In this document: positions 56,533-64,000 of the stretch, piece by piece
How positions within the stretch are numbered: position 1 is the stretch's first letter
Layout: each line of letters begins with the position of its first letter
Assembly: GCA_032128875.1 (NCBI GenBank)
Contig: JAVLKG010000002.1
Span: forward strand, 32,001 to 96,000
Length of the DNA stretch: 64,000 bases
Direction: 5' to 3'
DNA from: Candidatus Melainabacteria bacterium 17Bon1m
GTDB taxonomy: Bacteria; Cyanobacteriota; Vampirovibrionia; Obscuribacterales; Obscuribacteraceae
The notes under the pieces: model-generated
Told to the model about the DNA's origin: nothing
Database searches by the model: none
The model's input: only the letters and a program-made list of their open reading frames with translations
Translations under genes and position numbers: made by a program

Positions 56533-56811
56533 CTATCTTCTGCTGTAGCTGTTAGAACGTTGTTCTTTGGGTTGGGCAATTGATACGTGTAGAACGCGTC
56601 CGCCAAACTCATGCCCTTCTAGCCCGCGGATGGCATCTTCTGCCTGTTGTTGTGACGACATCTCGACAAAAGCAAAGCCTCTTGCTCTACCTGTGTCTCT
56701 GTCTGTAACCACTTTCGCCGAGGTCACTTCTCCGTATTCGCCAAACAGTTCTGAGAGTTGGCTGTCACTGCAGGTGAATGAGAGATTGCCTACGAATAAT
56801 TTGTTTTGCAT
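56533..56811 (-). CDS. rbp: RRM RNA-binding protein
   Basis: RNP2 LFVGNL, RNP1 RGFAFVEM. Confidence 0.95.
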   Translation of the reverse strand: MQNKLFVGNLSFTCSDSQLSELFGEYGEVTSAKVVTDRDTGRARGFAFVEMSSQQQAEDAIRGLEGHEFGGRVLHVSIAQPKEQRSNSYSRR

Positions 56812-57174
56812 TTGAAATTGATCCTATGTGTACATGAGTTGAGCCCGAGCCGTACTTAAAGCTCAGGTAGGTCCGGCAGATTCAAATTTCAAAGCAAACG
56901 ATACAGACCGCAATGTGCAGTTCTAAAAAGTAATATTTGATTCAAAAGAGGCTTTAGTTTTTGGCTTAACATTCTCCGCCTTCGGCAGTTACACTCGAAG
57001 GAGAGTAAACACAGCCCGACCTGATTCCATCTTAGCACATGCTAATCAACCCCGGTTCCAAAACATCAATAGCAGGCAGGGCGCCCCATCTGCAAACCCC
57101 TGAATTGGTCGTAATTGTGCATTAAGGGTAAGATAGGGGTGGCACGAATAAATTTCCCTGGTTGACGCGCTGAG

Positions 57175-59442
57175 ATGCAGGATAACCTTCAAGACCTTAC
57201 TGCGGAAATTCCTTTGGAAGAAGAAGTCCTTGCTCTGGGGCGCTTGCCTATCGGCTCGGTCATTAATGGGCAGTTTCAGGTCGCTGCTTATCTCGGCTCA
57301 GGTGAGATGGGGCGGGTCTACAAGGTGGTCCACCTGGAGACGCGCAAGGTCTTTGCCCTGAAGACCATAAGTCCGGAAATGGCGGACGCAAAAGTGTTGG
57401 CAAAACGCCTTGAGCACGAGGCGGAGGCTGTACGTAAGCTGGTTCACGCAAATATCGTCTCGGTTTACGACGTCGGTGTAGCCGAAAACGGCGCGCCTTA
57501 TCTCGTGATGGACTACATCGAGGGAGAATGTTTGCATGTTTTGCTTAATTCTCTCGGGCGCGTTCCGCAGAATCGTGCGCTGCCGATTTTTATTCAAATT
57601 GCAAAAGGGCTGACGCACGCACACGAGAAGGCTGTAATACACCGGGATTTGAAGCCCAACAACATCATCATTTCGAAAGCGCCTGACGGCCACGAGCTGG
57701 TCAAAATTGTGGACTTCGGTATCGCCAAATTGGCGGACCAAGAATCTGCCGACAAGACTAAGTTGACTCAAGACGGCGAGCTTGTCGGGACGCCGCTATA
57801 CATGAGCCCGGAGCAGTGTCTTGGCGATGAGATCGATCCTCGCTCAGACCTCTATTCTTTTGGCTGCATCATGTACGAGACGTTGACTGGTTCGTTGCCT
57901 TTCAACGACGAGAATTTTGTCAAAGTGATCTTGCGACACTTAAGTTTGGATGCGCCGCCGATTCCTGATAAATTTGGTGTTTCGGAAGATATGAATAGGG
58001 TGATTTTGCGCTGTTTGGAAAAGCATCGCGACAATCGCTATCCAGATGCTGATGCACTTTTAACCGACCTGCATCGAATTGCGGATGGTCAAGGAATTAT
58101 TCCGCACAAGCGCAAGGCCAAAAAGGCAGCGCGTAAAAGACCTCCGCTTGTTGCCTTGGTTTTGGGCGCAATTGCCGTTTGCAGTATTGGCATTTATGCT
58201 GTGACAACGATGCTGACGCCGGTGCCCACCAACTTTTCAAAAGAAGAGCGGCACGCTGGAAAAACTCTTTCGGAGTGGACCGCGGAGATTGAGAAGAATC
58301 CGGACGACCCAGAGCTATATATAAACCGCGGCACCCTTCACTCTATTCGCGATGAGCGTAATAATGCTATCGACGATTTGACGCAGGCTCTCGAACTTAA
58401 GCCGGATCACCTTAAGGCTCTGGCGCAAAGAGCGCATTGCTATCTTTTGACGGCAAAGTATGAAAAGGCGCTTGAAGACGCGAACCGAATCATCAAACTC
58501 AAACCTGATTCTGCCGATGGTTATGCTCGTCGCGCCATGATTTACCAAACATGCGAGATGTTTGGCGAATCTCGTGATGATTGGGAACGCGCCATTGAGC
58601 TTGATCCGAAGAATGGATATTTCTGTTATGGTGCTGCGCAAAACTTGATGCCAGTCGGCAGATTTGATGATGCCGCACGTCTATTGAAGAAGTCTATCAC
58701 TCTTGGTGATAAAGCGAACAACGCTTACAGTGCGCTGCTTGGCCGCTGCTATACATATCAGCAAAAGTACGACAAAGCTTTTGAGTATCTGAATTTCAAT
58801 CCGGCCAAACAAAAAGTTCGCGGGGTTGAATGGGCGTCGGCGGCTTTCTATTATTTGTGCGTTGGCAAAACCGATGCCGCGCAGAAAGCGATGAATCAAG
58901 TGATGGCGCGGGAAACATTTCCGGCGCGCTCGCATCGCATTCTCGGTGAGTTGGCGCGCTGCGCAGGTCAGTATGAAAAGGCGATTCAAGAGTTTCATGT
59001 GTCCACTAGCTTGGAGGAAACGTACCCGGTTGGTTACCGCCAGCGGGGAATGTCGTTTTTCGCGTTGGGTCAATTCCACGCGGCCCTCGCTGATTTTAAG
59101 AAGGCATATCAGCTGAATCCTGAGTCGTCGACGACTGCAACTTGGCTGGCGCGCGTTGAGAGTAAGCTTGGCAAAAAGGATGAAGCGCAGAAGCTGTTGA
59201 AGAAGGCGTTCGAAGAGCAGTTGCTGGCGCCAATGTCTTATGTGAATAGAGGCTATGTAGAACTCGAGAATGGCAACATCGAAGGTGCGCTTGAGTCAGC
59301 GCGAGTTGCGTTGGTCATGGATCCGTGGCTGAAAGAAGGCTATGAATTGCGCGCGGCGGTTCGGCGCAAAGCCGGCGATAAGACGCAAGCTGCAATGGAT
59401 GCTGAAACAGCAAAGAAAATGATCAGCCATTTTGATCTTTAG
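57175..59442 (+). CDS. Hanks Ser/Thr kinase with TM and C-terminal TPRs
   Basis: HRDLKPNN, DFG, GTPLYMSPEQ, TM near aa 325-348, multiple TPRs. Confidence 0.93.
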   Translation: MQDNLQDLTAEIPLEEEVLALGRLPIGSVINGQFQVAAYLGSGEMGRVYKVVHLETRKVFALKTISPEMADAKVLAKRLEHEAEAVRKLVHANIVSVYDVGVAENGAPYLVMDYIEGECLHVLLNSLGRVPQNRALPIFIQIAKGLTHAHEKAVIHRDLKPNNIIISKAPDGHELVKIVDFGIAKLADQESADKTKLTQDGELVGTPLYMSPEQCLGDEIDPRSDLYSFGCIMYETLTGSLPFNDENFVKVILRHLSLDAPPIPDKFGVSEDMNRVILRCLEKHRDNRYPDADALLTDLHRIADGQGIIPHKRKAKKAARKRPPLVALVLGAIAVCSIGIYAVTTMLTPVPTNFSKEERHAGKTLSEWTAEIEKNPDDPELYINRGTLHSIRDERNNAIDDLTQALELKPDHLKALAQRAHCYLLTAKYEKALEDANRIIKLKPDSADGYARRAMIYQTCEMFGESRDDWERAIELDPKNGYFCYGAAQNLMPVGRFDDAARLLKKSITLGDKANNAYSALLGRCYTYQQKYDKAFEYLNFNPAKQKVRGVEWASAAFYYLCVGKTDAAQKAMNQVMARETFPARSHRILGELARCAGQYEKAIQEFHVSTSLEETYPVGYRQRGMSFFALGQFHAALADFKKAYQLNPESSTTATWLARVESKLGKKDEAQKLLKKAFEEQLLAPMSYVNRGYVELENGNIEGALESARVALVMDPWLKEGYELRAAVRRKAGDKTQAAMDAETAKKMISHFDL

Positions 59443-59462
59443 AACGCAGGAGATCTGTTTGC

Positions 59463-59999
59463 ATGGCTAAGCTCGTCTTTGGAATGAATCAATCACTTGA
59501 TGGTTATGTCGACCACGACCACAAGGACTTCACACCGTGTCCGGTGCTTTTTCGTCACTACATCGAGCAAGTGCGCGGGGAGTCTGGCATCATTTACGGC
59601 AGCCGCATTTATGCCCTCATGCAATATTGGGACGAGGATAAACCTGAATGGACCGCGGACCAACGAGAGTATGCCGAGGAGTGGAGGAAAAAACACAAAT
59701 GGGTCGTGTCAAACTCGCTTAAATCGGTTGGGCCGAATGCCACGCTTGTTGAAGGTGAGTTAGAAGGGCTGATTAAAAAACTTAAGTCCGAACTCGACGG
59801 CGAAATTGAAATCGCCGGACCGGTATTGGCTGGAAGCGCAACAGAACTTGGTCTTATCGACGAGTATCGAATTTATCTCCACCCGGTTGTGCTCGGAAAG
59901 GGCAGACCATTTTTCGTGGGGCCGCGACCACGACTTAGATTGGTGGCGCAAGAGCGAATTGGTGCAGATGTGATCCAATTGACTTATATTCCTGCGTAG
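59463..59999 (+). CDS. Dihydrofolate reductase-like (RibD C-terminal) protein
   Basis: NQSLDGYVD, LIDEYRIYLHPVVLGKG.PFF. Confidence 0.85.
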   Translation: MAKLVFGMNQSLDGYVDHDHKDFTPCPVLFRHYIEQVRGESGIIYGSRIYALMQYWDEDKPEWTADQREYAEEWRKKHKWVVSNSLKSVGPNATLVEGELEGLIKKLKSELDGEIEIAGPVLAGSATELGLIDEYRIYLHPVVLGKGRPFFVGPRPRLRLVAQERIGADVIQLTYIPA

Positions 60000-60156
60000 T
60001 TAAAACTTTAGACAGCTTACATTGCGCTTTGTGCTGAGAAATTTTGAGTAAGTAATACCATCCAGGAAAACCCTCTAGTTTATTGATGACTCAAAGCATG
60101 TATTCTACTGACGTGAGGTTCCGTCGGTGAAGAGAAGACCCATGCCAAGGTAAAAA

Positions 60157-60570
60157 ATGTCAGACAAACACCCTAATTTCGTCCAAAGCTATTTTCATGG
60201 CACGAAGGCAAGCCTGCACGTGGGAGACCTTATCGTTCCCGGTAATAATGCTAATTACGGTGAGCGGATAGCAAAATTCGTTTACGCTTCGTCGAACCTG
60301 AATGTGGCAATTTGGGCAGCGGAGCTTGCCGTTGGCGATGGGCCGGGCAGGATCTATGTCGTTGAACCACTGGGTAGCATTGAGAACGATCCTAATCTCA
60401 CCGACAAAAAATTTGCCGGAAATCCGACCAACTCATTTCGCGTACGAGAAGGTTTTAGGGTAGTCGCTGAAGTGAAAGACTGGCAGGGACATCCTTCCGA
60501 AGAAATCAAAGCCGCAAGAGAGAAGGTCGATCTTGCGTTGAAAAACGGTGCACCCATAATCGAGGACTAA
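60157..60570 (+). CDS. arr: NAD(+)-rifampin ADP-ribosyltransferase
   Basis: FHGTKA.L.VGDL, VY, WAAELA.G.G.GRIYVVEP.G..ENDPNLTDKKF.GNPT.S.R. Confidence 0.92.
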   Translation: MSDKHPNFVQSYFHGTKASLHVGDLIVPGNNANYGERIAKFVYASSNLNVAIWAAELAVGDGPGRIYVVEPLGSIENDPNLTDKKFAGNPTNSFRVREGFRVVAEVKDWQGHPSEEIKAAREKVDLALKNGAPIIED

Positions 60571-60598
60571 AGCTACTCAAGTTTGCCCTCTGAAAAGC

Positions 60599-60624
60599 GG
60601 AGGGCAGGATTTCTCCTGCCCTCT
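60599..60624. terminator. Hairpin between convergent genes
   Basis: GAGGGCAGGA-tttc-TCCTGCCCTC. Confidence 0.65.
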
Positions 60625-60726
60625 GAGCTGACGTTTTTCTTTTGGTTATAGATCTTCGTCATTTGTGATTGTTATGATGCAAAAATCGAGATAAGGTTCC
60701 CATCTGGCATGGAATATTTATGACTC

Positions 60727-61188
60727 TTATGCACGTCGCTCTTGAAGGCGCCAGCTATTGCTTCTCTCTTGAGCTTGTCTAAATGGCACCAATTCGCTAA
60801 GAGGCAAATATTCTTTGAATTCGTCGCGCAATTTGTCTCTATCGTAATGTTCCATGGTTATGTACTTGTCTGCTCCGAGTGCACGTGCAGCTATTTGCAG
60901 ACCATCTCGGACACTGCGAGCGAACGTAGATGACTGGCAGCAATAAAACACAAATGGAACGGAACTGCTCCTGGGATTACCTTTTGCGAATTTCAAGAAA
61001 TCGAAAACGCTTCCGTCATACTCTAAATGAACGGCTGAAATGATCAAATCAAAATAGCGATGTTCCAGCAATGGTATAGCTTCTTCTATTGTTCGGACGC
61101 GAACGAATGCGCATTCGGGCAAGCTAGCCCTTATGTTGGCTACGTTTTCATCCTTTTCTTGCAAAATCAAAATCTCTGGAATCATCAT
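60727..61188 (-). CDS. Degenerate receiver-like protein
   Basis: ILILQE, FDLIISAVHL (phospho-Asp position is Ala), ALGADKYI. Confidence 0.7.
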   Translation of the reverse strand: MMIPEILILQEKDENVANIRASLPECAFVRVRTIEEAIPLLEHRYFDLIISAVHLEYDGSVFDFLKFAKGNPRSSSVPFVFYCCQSSTFARSVRDGLQIAARALGADKYITMEHYDRDKLRDEFKEYLPLSELVPFRQAQERSNSWRLQERRA

Positions 61189-61218
61189 TGGTTTTTCTCC
61201 GTGCTTATTTCATGGCTC

Positions 61219-61247
61219 TAGGACCGCGTTTTGTGAGAGCCGGTTCC
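61219..61247 (-). promoter_or_regulatory. ECF-sigma-type promoter candidate
   Basis: GGAACC-N17-GTCCTA, 30 nt upstream of ATG 61188. Confidence 0.6.
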
Positions 61248-61363
61248 TAGAGAATAGCGAGAGCGCGTTTTGTGAGAATTTTGAAAAGGCGTAGAAGGGG
61301 CTTGGGCAGTCAATTGATGGGTTGCTTAATTTTGATTTGCTCAATAAATAGGTAAAGTTGCAC

Positions 61364-62329
61364 TTAAAAACCGGGAACAACTGGCGAAACAATCACCAGT
61401 TTTCCTTTTGGTATGCCTGTAGTCTCGAGTTCGGTGATGGCTGATATGGCCTCAGACAATGGTGCTATGCGGCCAATCGCTGGTGTTAACTTTCCGCGCT
61501 CTATCGCTTCTGTGATTCCGGCGAAAGTTTCTGGCGTCGGATGACCAAATACCACGTTATGTTTTGCGGAGACCATGCTCCGAATCATCTTCAAAGCCGT
61601 TGGAACAATGTGCAGCGCCATGCCGCTATGTGTGAGCATCTCGTCGCACTGGCGTAAAGACAAGGCTCCATGCGCATCGAAGACAACATCGAAGAGACCT
61701 CGATATTTGTCGGCGTTGAAATTACGATAATCAATGACTTCTGTAATGCCCAAAGCCAGCGCTTCTTCGCGCCGGGACTCATTGCAGCTGCCCGTTATCG
61801 TCGCGCCACGCATTACTGCGATTTGTGCAGCTATACGCCCAACCCCGCCAAGACAGCCTGTGATCAACACGCGCTGCCCAGCTTGCAGATTTGCCTTGTC
61901 GATTAAAGCGTTCCACGCAGTAACACTTACAACGGGCAGAGAAGCGGCCTCTTCGAAGGTTAGTGACTTCGGCTTGGCGTAAACTGTTTTAGTTTCTGTG
62001 ATCACTGCCTCGGCGAATGCGCCCGACTGCTTCAATCCGGTAGCGCCGAACACCTCGTCTCCAACCTTGAAGCTTGTTACGTTTGGACCCACGACATCTA
62101 CGACCCCGGCAAAATCAAGACCAACTCCGCGAGGAAACCGTCGACCAGTGAGCAACTTCATTTCGCCTTTCCGTAGCTTCCAGTCCACAGGGTTTGCAGC
62201 GGCCGCTTTGACTCGAATTCGAATTTGACCAGACGCGGGTTCCGGTAGTGAAACCTCCTCCAGACGAAGTTCCTCTGGTCCACCGTAACGATGGTATTGG
62301 ATACGCTTTATGATGATTTTGTCTGGCAT
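61364..62329 (-). CDS. NADPH-dependent quinone reductase-like (MDR family) oxidoreductase
   Basis: NPVDWK, G.DFAGVV, GAFAE, GGVG, GKLVI. Confidence 0.9.
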   Translation of the reverse strand: MPDKIIIKRIQYHRYGGPEELRLEEVSLPEPASGQIRIRVKAAAANPVDWKLRKGEMKLLTGRRFPRGVGLDFAGVVDVVGPNVTSFKVGDEVFGATGLKQSGAFAEAVITETKTVYAKPKSLTFEEAASLPVVSVTAWNALIDKANLQAGQRVLITGCLGGVGRIAAQIAVMRGATITGSCNESRREEALALGITEVIDYRNFNADKYRGLFDVVFDAHGALSLRQCDEMLTHSGMALHIVPTALKMIRSMVSAKHNVVFGHPTPETFAGITEAIERGKLTPAIGRIAPLSEAISAITELETTGIPKGKLVIVSPVVPGF

Positions 62330-62411
62330 GTTTGGTGTGTTCCGAGAGATGGATTGCGCTAAGGCCGGCGTGTCACGATGATCTCACCTGAGTCAAATTC
62401 AGAGCTAATTG

Positions 62412-62855
62412 TCAGTGTTGGTTATCTAAGTGCACATTGGAAATCAGATGAGAGTCATTCCTCTCGTTGTCATAATTCTGCCGCGAAGTTTCAATCGCGC
62501 TCCACTCACTTTGAATCCACGAAACAAGTCCTTCAACATGTTTCAACATTCGACTGCCACGATCACTGAGGGTGTATTCAACACGAGGAGGAATCTCGGC
62601 GTACTGTTTCCGAATTAGAATGCCATCGCGCTCCAGGTGACGAAGTGTGTTTGTTAGCACCCGTTGAGATATTCCAGACACTGCTCTAATCAGTTCTGAA
62701 AAACGAAGCGTTTGATTTGGATGTTTTGCCAAAGTGACAAGCACATAGAGGCTCCATTTATCGCCTAAATGTCCAAGCGTGTCCTTTATGGGGCAGCGTG
62801 TGGCTGCAGCTTCCCACGGCAAAGACGCTAACTCTCTGTCATCGTTCTTTTGCAT
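62412..62855 (-). CDS. HxlR family winged-helix regulator
   Basis: CP...LGDKWS, RFSEL, ISQRVLT..LR.LERDG, PPRVEYTL. Confidence 0.92.
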   Translation of the reverse strand: MQKNDDRELASLPWEAAATRCPIKDTLGHLGDKWSLYVLVTLAKHPNQTLRFSELIRAVSGISQRVLTNTLRHLERDGILIRKQYAEIPPRVEYTLSDRGSRMLKHVEGLVSWIQSEWSAIETSRQNYDNERNDSHLISNVHLDNQH

Positions 62856-62956
62856 ATGCTTACCTGTGAGTAACTTGCTGAACAATACATGCGTACTTGT
62901 TTTGTCGCTTGCGGTTCCTGATAATCGACCCACAATCATTACGCTGGAAAGTTAAG

Positions 62957-63391
62957 ATGCAAAATGGCAGACAAAACCCAAAGACGCCTCAGCGAATGGC
63001 TCGCCAAATCTCACTTTTGGTTGTCCAAGTTGTGATTTGTGGTTTGTTTTTAATTGCAGGAATTATGAAACTGACAATGCCTGTGAGTGAAATCTCAAAA
63101 ATTTTCCCATGGACAGGTCAGGTCCCTGAAGTCTTTCTGCGCTCGATTGCTCTAGTCGACATTGCCGGCGGGGTTGGGATTTTGTTACCATCGCTCACCA
63201 AAATTTATCCCAAACTGACAGTAGTGGCTGCAATGGGATGCGTGTTATTGCAGGTTGCGGCAATATTTTTTCACGCAATGAGAAACGAATTGAGTTCGAC
63301 GCCGTTCAACTTCGTGCTCTTAGGTCTTTGTGTTTTTGTCATAAGGGGAAGGTTCAGCACCCTTTACGGCAAAACCAACAGTGACTGGTAG
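62957..63391 (+). CDS. DoxX-like membrane protein
   Basis: FLIAGIMKL, DIAGGVGILLP, AIFFH, GR terminus. Confidence 0.85.
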   Translation: MQNGRQNPKTPQRMARQISLLVVQVVICGLFLIAGIMKLTMPVSEISKIFPWTGQVPEVFLRSIALVDIAGGVGILLPSLTKIYPKLTVVAAMGCVLLQVAAIFFHAMRNELSSTPFNFVLLGLCVFVIRGRFSTLYGKTNSDW

Positions 63392-63407
63392 CAAATGCCT
63401 CCTCCTT

Positions 63408-64000
63408 CTAAACAATTGTCGGCAATTTCATTTTGGCCTTAGCTGGATCATCGAAGGCTGTGGTTACCGAGAGATCTTTCATCTCGTGATAGCTGTCCAG
63501 GTCTGCCTTAAGCTTGGTGGTGATGGATTCGTATGCATCGGTTCCGAGTGCCAACTTTGTAATAGGAGCATCGGACTCCACGGCATGAATCATAGCTTTG
63601 GCAGCCTTTTGGGGATCTCCAAAGTCAGTTGTTTCAAACATTTGCATCAATGTGGAATAAACAGGCATGTACGTTTCAGACAGATCACCTCGGTTAAGGT
63701 TACTGCCGAATTCGGTCAAAAACGCGCCGGGCTCAACCACGATGACTTTGATACCAAAGGGCGCTACTTCCTGTGTGAGCGCTTCGGATAACCCTTCCAC
63801 GGCAAACTTAGTGCTGGAATAAATGCCGATTGCAGGATACGCGAGCCGTCCCACTGTCGAGCCGATATTTAGAATATAGCCAGCACCTTGCTTTCGCAAA
63901 ATTGGGAGGACAGCCCTGGTTACACGTAATAAGCCAAATACATTAGTATCAAATTGCGTGCGTATCAGTTCTTCGCTTGCATCTTCAATAGTGGCAAGTG
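63408..64000 (-). CDS. Short-chain dehydrogenase/reductase (5' end outside window)
   Basis: NIGST, YSSTK, VEPGAFLTEF; frame open to the window edge. Confidence 0.9.
   Translation of the reverse strand, partial: LATIEDASEELIRTQFDTNVFGLLRVTRAVLPILRKQGAGYILNIGSTVGRLAYPAIGIYSSTKFAVEGLSEALTQEVAPFGIKVIVVEPGAFLTEFGSNLNRGDLSETYMPVYSTLMQMFETTDFGDPQKAAKAMIHAVESDAPITKLALGTDAYESITTKLKADLDSYHEMKDLSVTTAFDDPAKAKMKLPTIV

Noticed and set aside
57033-57059. GGAACC upstream of rbp as another ECF promoter
   Set aside because: No GTC at 16-17 nt spacing; a sigma70-type extended -10 fits better.
60000-60726. Integron cassette or rifamycin-associated element around arr
   Set aside because: No attC-like structure or upstream inverted-repeat operator recognised; only a terminator-like hairpin.
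62891-62918. GGAACC-N16-GTACGC upstream of the HxlR gene
   Set aside because: The -10 element deviates from GTC, so it was not counted in the regulon.

Overview
A 64-kb stretch of bacterial chromosome (about 50% GC) with roughly 63 densely packed genes. I saw no rRNA, tRNA, CRISPR array, integrase or transposase. The gene mix (Hanks kinase-TPR proteins, a cyanobacterial-type RRM protein, many hybrid two-component proteins, long orphan proteins) suggests a non-photosynthetic cyanobacterial relative such as Melainabacteria/Obscuribacterales; this is inference only. Recognisable modules are: a stressosome operon (rsbR-rsbS-rsbT-rsbT-RsbT/PP2C-RsbT/His kinase-receiver); a YdeP/FdhF + FdhD + secreted oxalate decarboxylase cluster; two two-component loci, one pairing a hybrid kinase/HPt with a receiver-Ser/Thr kinase fusion; an ABC-2 exporter plus thioredoxin operon; and a rifampin ADP-ribosyltransferase (arr). 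The strongest signal outside the ORF track is a recurring ECF-sigma-type promoter, GGAAC(C/T/A)-N16/17-GTC. It sits in the correct orientation just upstream of nine unrelated genes, including an unannotated 30-aa membrane protein, and points to an uncharacterised stress regulon. Other candidates are an 814-aa polymorphic-effector-like protein with a nucleotidyltransferase domain, a secreted thaumatin-like protein, a secreted Asn-rich prion-like protein, a VIT protein with an unusual C-terminal module, several apparent pseudo-enzymes, a decayed kinase pseudogene and REP-like palindromes. All family assignments come from reading motifs by eye; no database searches were run.
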